Below are positions 58,275-64,000 of a stretch of 64,000 nt of DNA, piece by piece; the stretch's first letter is position 1; each line of letters starts with the position of its first letter. The stretch comes from an uncultured Gammaproteobacteria bacterium (GTDB lineage: Bacteria; Patescibacteriota; Microgenomatia; Daviesbacterales; UBA10151). Both the position numbers and the translations under genes were made by a program. The notes below the pieces were generated by a model that saw only the letters and a program-made list of their open reading frames with translations, ran no database searches and had not been told where the DNA came from. Where the stretch lies: the NCBI GenBank assembly GCA_964396715.1, contig CAYNFQ010000001.1, positions 21,037-85,036 on the forward strand. Reading direction: 5' to 3'.

Positions 58275-59338
58275 AAATAGCAATTTACTCTCCTTATTTA
58301 GATACCCTGGGTGGGGGAGAAAGGTATATTGCAGCAATTGCTGAAATCCTGTCTAAAAAACATAGTGTAGATTTATTTTTTGATAATCACCTGCAATCTT
58401 TCGGCATAGACATTCTCAAGAAACAGCTTTCGGAGAGATTCAATTTAGACCTTTCAAAAGTTAATGCAATAAAAGCACCAATAGGGACGACTTCCAGTAT
58501 TTTTCAAAGACTACTTTTCTTAAGAAGATATGATTTATTGATTTATTTAACAGACGGGAGTCTTTTTTTATCAACTGCCAAAAAGAACATTTTACATATT
58601 CAGTCTCCCCTGCCAGGGCCTAAAAGCTTTTGGGGTAGAATAAAACTTAAGAGTTGGGATGTCATAATTTATAATTCCCAGTTTACAAAGACAAATTCTT
58701 ATAAAAATTGGCCAATTTCATCATCAATTGTTTATCCTCCGGTTGATGTCAAAAAAATTAAACCCCTGAAGAAGAAAAATTATATATTATCGGTAGGAAG
58801 GTTTTTTGGGTATTTAAAAGACAAAAAACAAGAAGTTTTGATTGAAGTTTTCAAGGACCTTTACGATACAAATGAGATAAAGAATTGGAGTTTACATTTG
58901 GCAGGAGCTGCCTCGAAGGGAGATAAACCTTACCTTAATGAGTTACAGAGTTTGGCTAAGGGTTTTCCAATTTATTTTTATCCTAATTTAGAATTTGAGG
59001 AATTAGTTAAATTATACGGGCAATCAAGTATTTACTGGCACGCTTCCGGATATAAAGAAGATGATCCCACCAGGATGGAACATTTTGGCATCAGTACGGT
59101 TGAAGCAATGGCAGGAGGTTGTGTTCCGGTCGTTATTAAAAAAGGCGGACAAGTAGAGATAGTAAGAGATGGAAAGTGTGGTTTTTTGTGGGACAGCGTA
59201 GATCAGTTAAAGGACTTTACTGTAAAATTAATTATTGATGAAAGACTGAGGGGAAAAATGGCAAATGTTGCTATTTTGGAAGCTGCTCGGTTTTCCAAAG
59301 ATAAATTCAGAGATAGTATTTTAAAAATTATCAAATAA
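58271..59338 (+). CDS. GT4 (GT-B) glycosyltransferase
   Basis: GGGER, NS.FT, YPPV, EHFGI..VEAM..G. Confidence 0.9.
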   Translation: MKIAIYSPYLDTLGGGERYIAAIAEILSKKHSVDLFFDNHLQSFGIDILKKQLSERFNLDLSKVNAIKAPIGTTSSIFQRLLFLRRYDLLIYLTDGSLFLSTAKKNILHIQSPLPGPKSFWGRIKLKSWDVIIYNSQFTKTNSYKNWPISSSIVYPPVDVKKIKPLKKKNYILSVGRFFGYLKDKKQEVLIEVFKDLYDTNEIKNWSLHLAGAASKGDKPYLNELQSLAKGFPIYFYPNLEFEELVKLYGQSSIYWHASGYKEDDPTRMEHFGISTVEAMAGGCVPVVIKKGGQVEIVRDGKCGFLWDSVDQLKDFTVKLIIDERLRGKMANVAILEAARFSKDKFRDSILKIIK

Positions 59339-59339
59339 T

Positions 59340-60458
59340 ATGAAGAAAATTTGGATAATTTTAACTGTAGCAATAGCATTGAGAATATTTTTATCCTTTG
59401 CCACACTTCATCCCGATATTGTCTCGCTCATGGAGGGAGGGAAGGTTTTAACAAGGGGGCATATTTTAGATCTGTATGATTATAGTTCGGATAAAATTGT
59501 TTTTAATTATCCACCGTCAATTTATTGGTATTTCGGCTTATTAAACTTCCTTTTCAGCTCTTTGGGGTTTTTAAAACTGCCTTATATAATTTTTGATATT
59601 GCAATAGCAACACTTCTTTCCAAAATGGCTGGTCCGAAAAAATCAATGGCCGCATTTGCATTATGGTTGTTTAATCCGGTAAGCATTTACGCAACTTACA
59701 TGATGGGACAGTTTGATATTATCCCCACTTTTTTCTCTGTACTTTCAATATATTTGGCTTTCAAAACTAGATTGAGCTGGTCTGCTTTTGCTTTAGGGAT
59801 GGGTATTGCATTTAAGCTATACCCCCTGTTTTTAGTTGTTCCTTTAATCCTTTTGGGAAAAGGTTTTTGGACTAAAGTTAAGCTGGTAATCTTTGCCCTG
59901 ATACCTTATTTAGTTTCTGTTTTGCCATACATTCAATCATCCAGTTTTAGATCACAGGCTTTATTTGCCAATCAGAGTTCAAAAAGTTTATATGCTGCAA
60001 TCCCCGTTTCAGGAGGGGAGGCTATCTTGCTGTTTCCTTTGTTTCTGCTGCTTTTTTATCTTTATATTTGGAACAGGCAAAACAGTACAATGAATTTATG
60101 GAAAGTTTTCTTAATACCATTGCTTTTATTTTTTATTCTTACACACTACCATCCACAGTGGCTAATATGGGTAATACCATTTTTAATTTTGGGTTTGGTA
60201 ATTAACAATTTTCAAAACTTATATTTATACGTTTTGATTTTGGGAAGCTGGTTTTTCTCCCTTTTCTTTTTTGATTCTTCTTTGACGTTAGGAATGCTTG
60301 CTCCTCTTTTTCCTGCCTTAAGGGAAATTCCCGATATCTGGACAATTTTGGGTATTGGCGTAGATTACAATTTGGCAAGGAGTATTTTACAAACAGTTTT
60401 TGCTTCAGCTTCTTTCTACCTTATTTATACTTATTTTCCAAAGAAAGAAAATGCTTAA
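59340..60458 (+). CDS. GT-C (GT87/PIG-M-like) membrane protein
   Basis: HPD, NYPP, K.P...FD, FNP, GQFD, HPQW. Confidence 0.7.
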   Translation: MKKIWIILTVAIALRIFLSFATLHPDIVSLMEGGKVLTRGHILDLYDYSSDKIVFNYPPSIYWYFGLLNFLFSSLGFLKLPYIIFDIAIATLLSKMAGPKKSMAAFALWLFNPVSIYATYMMGQFDIIPTFFSVLSIYLAFKTRLSWSAFALGMGIAFKLYPLFLVVPLILLGKGFWTKVKLVIFALIPYLVSVLPYIQSSSFRSQALFANQSSKSLYAAIPVSGGEAILLFPLFLLLFYLYIWNRQNSTMNLWKVFLIPLLLFFILTHYHPQWLIWVIPFLILGLVINNFQNLYLYVLILGSWFFSLFFFDSSLTLGMLAPLFPALREIPDIWTILGIGVDYNLARSILQTVFASASFYLIYTYFPKKENA

Positions 60459-61881
60459 AACGGGTGTGATTTTAATTACCTTTATTATAGCTGGATGGTT
60501 TTTACTTACCTTTAAATTAACAGATGTCCCCCCGGGGATTAACGGAGATGAGGCGGCAATTGGGTTAAATGCAATATACGTTGCAAAGGATGGTTATGAT
60601 TTGAAAGGTAATTTTTTGCCGATTTTTACATCCCTTCCGGATTCTTCGGATTGGAAACAACCGATAACATTTTATTCCGAAGTATTGGCATTTAAATTTT
60701 TTGGACCATCATACTTTACTTTAAGAGCTGTAAGCGTTTTTTATGTGCTTTTATCTGCCGTATTAATTTTTTCTTTAATAAAAATGCTTTTAGGAAGGTT
60801 TTTGGCAAGCTTAGGAGTACTGCTTTTTCTAACCACTCCAATTATGGTAATCCAATCACATTTGGCAATGGAAAATATAGCACCGATTCCATTTGTTATA
60901 CTCTGGTTGATTGGAATTTTGAAATACAGCCAACAAGGAAAAGAGCGCTATCTTGTTTTGATGGGGTTAAGTTTAATTGCAGCTTTTTACTCTTATTTGG
61001 GAATGAGGCTTATGGTGCCGATTTTATTTTTGTTGTCGGCAGCACTTATTTTATATGCGAACAGGCAAAAAAAATTAAAAGTTTTGCTGCGGCAGGAAAT
61101 TATCTTCGCTGTCTTATTTATACCTTTTGCAATTTCATTATTATTTTTTAAAAATCAATATCCCGGATCTCTTTGGGGATTATACAGGCCATATATAGTT
61201 GATTCTTACCAAACCTTTTTTCTGCCATACTTTTCTAATTTTGACCCATCTTTTTTGTACATATTTGGGGATACAACTCCGTATCATTCAACCGGCAAAT
61301 ATGGCATGTTTTTGATTGCGACCCTGCCACTGTTTATTTTAGGAATCATCAAAATAGTCAAGTTGAATCAACTGATACCAAATTTTATAATACTGTCATT
61401 TTTCTTACCCCCTATTTTATTTGGATTTGGCTCCACAATTCATAGGGCAAGCAGGCTTTTAGGTTTAGTGCCAGTGTATGTGATTATTTGTTGTTACGGG
61501 CTAATTTTTCTACTTGAGTATAAAAGGATTTTTAAAGTACCAATTTTATTTGTCGGAGTTTTGCTTATTTTTTTAAATTTTTCGGATTTTATTAAAGACT
61601 ACTGGTTTGAGTATCCCAAAAGAGTGCAATCAGAATTTGCCAGGCCTTATCATTTAGGATTTGAAAAATTATATGAGGAATCAAAAAAACATAATTTGAT
61701 ACCTTTGGTGCAAAATGATCTGCATATGCAAAATTCTACAGCATTTAGTTTTTTTGAGCTTACTTTTTTCCCGCAACCTGTAAAAAAATGGTCTAACCTG
61801 GAAAAAATCCCTCCAAGGAGTGCGATACTGATAGGAAGTGGCAGTGATTTTCGTATTATGATTAATAAAAATGACAGATGA
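60451..61881 (+). CDS. GT-C (ArnT/PMT-like) membrane glycosyltransferase
   Basis: PPGINGDE, DWKQP, GD...YH. Confidence 0.78.
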   Translation: MLKTGVILITFIIAGWFLLTFKLTDVPPGINGDEAAIGLNAIYVAKDGYDLKGNFLPIFTSLPDSSDWKQPITFYSEVLAFKFFGPSYFTLRAVSVFYVLLSAVLIFSLIKMLLGRFLASLGVLLFLTTPIMVIQSHLAMENIAPIPFVILWLIGILKYSQQGKERYLVLMGLSLIAAFYSYLGMRLMVPILFLLSAALILYANRQKKLKVLLRQEIIFAVLFIPFAISLLFFKNQYPGSLWGLYRPYIVDSYQTFFLPYFSNFDPSFLYIFGDTTPYHSTGKYGMFLIATLPLFILGIIKIVKLNQLIPNFIILSFFLPPILFGFGSTIHRASRLLGLVPVYVIICCYGLIFLLEYKRIFKVPILFVGVLLIFLNFSDFIKDYWFEYPKRVQSEFARPYHLGFEKLYEESKKHNLIPLVQNDLHMQNSTAFSFFELTFFPQPVKKWSNLEKIPPRSAILIGSGSDFRIMINKNDR

Positions 61882-63494
61882 AACCTAAGATATGGCTGAT
61901 CGGTTTATTGTTTATTGCAGCGCTTTTTATAAGATTGGTTCCCATAAATTACCCTTTTTTTAGCGAAGAAGAAACAAGAATTGCCTACAGGGGTTATACG
62001 CTCTCTATCTTTGGCACTGATGAGCTGGGCCGTAAATTTCCCTTTATTTTTAATTCCTCGTCCGATTATCAGTTACCGGTAGCCTCCTATACTACAGCTT
62101 TGGGCACTGCTATATTTGGAAAAACAGATTTTGGGGCAAGAATAATGTTTGTTCTTATCGGCACTCTGGTAGTATTTTTAACTTATAAAGTAGCTCCCCT
62201 GTTTTCCTTTGGGAAACAATATGCTTTTTTTAGCGCATTAATTGTTGCTTTTTCTCCGGTACTGATCTTTTTTTCCAAAATACCCAATGAATTTATCATT
62301 CTGATACTTTTAATCCTCGTCTTACTATACCTCCTTTCCAGAAAGAAAATAAATTATTTTTTTGTTTTTGGCAGTATTTTTTTTGTTTTACTGACATCCA
62401 AACTTGCCTGGTTTATTTTGCCCCCCTTTATTACACTGACTGTTTTTTCATTTGATCTTAATTTATCCAGAAAGCAAAAAGTTAAATTTTCTATTTTCAG
62501 CCTCTTTTTATCTTTCATTATGATTATTGTATTTTTACAAATTCCCCAAGGACAAAGGAGTTTTTTGGAAAATAATTTTTATACTTTGCAGGGTGGCACT
62601 ATTAAAAATGCAATAGAAACTTTAAGAGGGCAGGGTTTGGAATCTCGCTGGCCTAATCTTTTGGAAAAGTTTTTGTTTAATAAAGGAGAATATTTTTTTG
62701 TCGGGACAATGCATTGGTTATTGCATCTTCAGCCAAGCGTCTTGTTTGGTCAATTTGACAACAGTAGCAAATATAGTTTTATAAGCATGGGGGCATACCC
62801 TAAAATTCTGATAATCCCTTTTATTTTAGGTCTGGTTTCACTTATCAAGAAAAGTTCGGATATCAAAACTAGAACACTCTTTATTTATCCGCTTATTTTA
62901 ACTTACCCTTTAAGTTTTATTTATCCGCTGCAAAATCCCCAAATTGTTATATTAATTTTACCGTTTTTATCTTTCGTCTGTGCTTTTGGTTTAATAAATT
63001 TAACTAAACCCATAAAGAGTTTAATTGTCATCCTGGCTATCTTAGAATTATTAATCAATTCATTTAATCCTTCTTTTGATTCGAAAGTTGCAAATAGTTT
63101 CCGTCCGAATTGGATTAAAAATATTGTAAATGAAGGATATGTTTTATCAAAAGACGCCAATGTGGCAATTTCTGACGATATTACCTCAGATATCACCCCC
63201 TTTTTGCAATGGCATACATTTGTTGGTATTGAAAATGCTGCCGTAGGCCAATTTCCTTATAAATTTCACCAGACACAACTTCAAAATATTAAAATTATTG
63301 GCTCAGACGACATTTTTTATAATTGTGGTTTTGATAAACCCACCTTTATTATTGCCAGCAAGCGCGATTATAAAGAAATTAAAAGGTGGTTAAATATAAC
63401 TACTGATGAGAAATTGACAAAGGTATATAAAGATAACCTGGAACAGGAGGTAGCAAATCTTTTGGAGCCAACCATATGCGTACGCAAATCTTAA
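61878..63494 (+). CDS. GT-C (ArnT/PMT-like) protein with a divergent catalytic loop
   Basis: FSEEE in place of DE; G.DELG..P, DYQLP. Confidence 0.7.
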   Translation: MKPKIWLIGLLFIAALFIRLVPINYPFFSEEETRIAYRGYTLSIFGTDELGRKFPFIFNSSSDYQLPVASYTTALGTAIFGKTDFGARIMFVLIGTLVVFLTYKVAPLFSFGKQYAFFSALIVAFSPVLIFFSKIPNEFIILILLILVLLYLLSRKKINYFFVFGSIFFVLLTSKLAWFILPPFITLTVFSFDLNLSRKQKVKFSIFSLFLSFIMIIVFLQIPQGQRSFLENNFYTLQGGTIKNAIETLRGQGLESRWPNLLEKFLFNKGEYFFVGTMHWLLHLQPSVLFGQFDNSSKYSFISMGAYPKILIIPFILGLVSLIKKSSDIKTRTLFIYPLILTYPLSFIYPLQNPQIVILILPFLSFVCAFGLINLTKPIKSLIVILAILELLINSFNPSFDSKVANSFRPNWIKNIVNEGYVLSKDANVAISDDITSDITPFLQWHTFVGIENAAVGQFPYKFHQTQLQNIKIIGSDDIFYNCGFDKPTFIIASKRDYKEIKRWLNITTDEKLTKVYKDNLEQEVANLLEPTICVRKS

Positions 63495-64000
63495 GTAAAT
63501 ATACATACATAATAATCATCATTTTAATTGGGGCCTTTTTGCGGTTTTATAAATTATCCGAATTTCCCCCTCAGTTAAACCATGATGAAATATCCCAACT
63601 ATATGACGCTATCTCTATTGCACAAACAGGAAAAGATGTTTATGGTAATTTCCTCCCCGTAGTATTTCAATCAACAGGAGATTATAAACCGGCCCAATAT
63701 ACCTATCTTTCCACCATACCCTATTTATTTTGGGGCGATCAGGAAATAACTATCAGGATTACTGCGGCATTTTTTGGGACATTAACTATTGGAGCTGTTT
63801 TTTTGTTTATGAATGCATTAACTAAAAATTTTAACTTAGCCCTTCTTTGCAGTGCAATGATTGCCATTACTCCTTCGGAGATTTTCTATTCCAGAAAAAG
63901 TTTTGAAAGTGTTATTGGAGTCACTCTTTACTTTTTTGGCTTATTTTGTTTACTAAATCTTTTAGAAAAGACCAAAGTAAAAATTTGGGGATATTTGGCA
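63476..64000 (+). CDS. 3'-truncated GT-C (ArnT/PMT-like) glycosyltransferase
   Basis: Not in the ORF track; MRTQILSK...LRFYKL..PPQLNHDE...TGKD.YG...GDYKP. Confidence 0.78.
   Translation, partial: MRTQILSKYTYIIIIILIGAFLRFYKLSEFPPQLNHDEISQLYDAISIAQTGKDVYGNFLPVVFQSTGDYKPAQYTYLSTIPYLFWGDQEITIRITAAFFGTLTIGAVFLFMNALTKNFNLALLCSAMIAITPSEIFYSRKSFESVIGVTLYFFGLFCLLNLLEKTKVKIWGYLA

Noticed and set aside
870-63196. Numerous 60-150 aa ORFs antisense or out of frame within long genes
   Set aside because: Fully nested in well-supported CDSs and without motifs
1-64000. CRISPR array, tRNA/rRNA, transposase, integrase, reverse transcriptase, alternative genetic code
   Set aside because: No repeat-spacer pattern or recognisable motifs seen by eye; intergenic gaps are mostly too short for RNA genes; TGA terminates many clear genes

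Overview
AT-rich, very gene-dense bacterial DNA using genetic code 11 (TGA is a stop). Gene content and style point to a Patescibacteria/CPR genome, probably Microgenomates; this is an inference. Housekeeping genes are lysS, serS, secA, nnrD, tsaE, a short tsaB, ftsE, ftsX and prfB. They are interleaved with a very large surface-glycosylation complement: about 17 GT-C-type integral membrane glycosyltransferase-like genes, five GT2 genes or fusions, a GT4, a Wzx flippase, rmlABC, gmd and a GalE-like epimerase. There is also an RHH-PIN toxin-antitoxin pair with a visible operator, and a type II restriction-modification cassette followed by a gene remnant. No rRNA, tRNA, CRISPR array or transposase was recognised. 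The most striking unexplained signal is a set of short GC-rich palindromic elements and 7-bp tandem repeats sitting in frame inside conserved proteins (HD protein, TsaE, RF2, a GT2, TsaB, a GT-C). One palindrome family occurs twice in the same reading frame. Also notable are a circularly permuted M23 peptidase behind ftsEX and a pervasive leaderless promoter layout, with a -10 box about 6-8 nt before the start codon.
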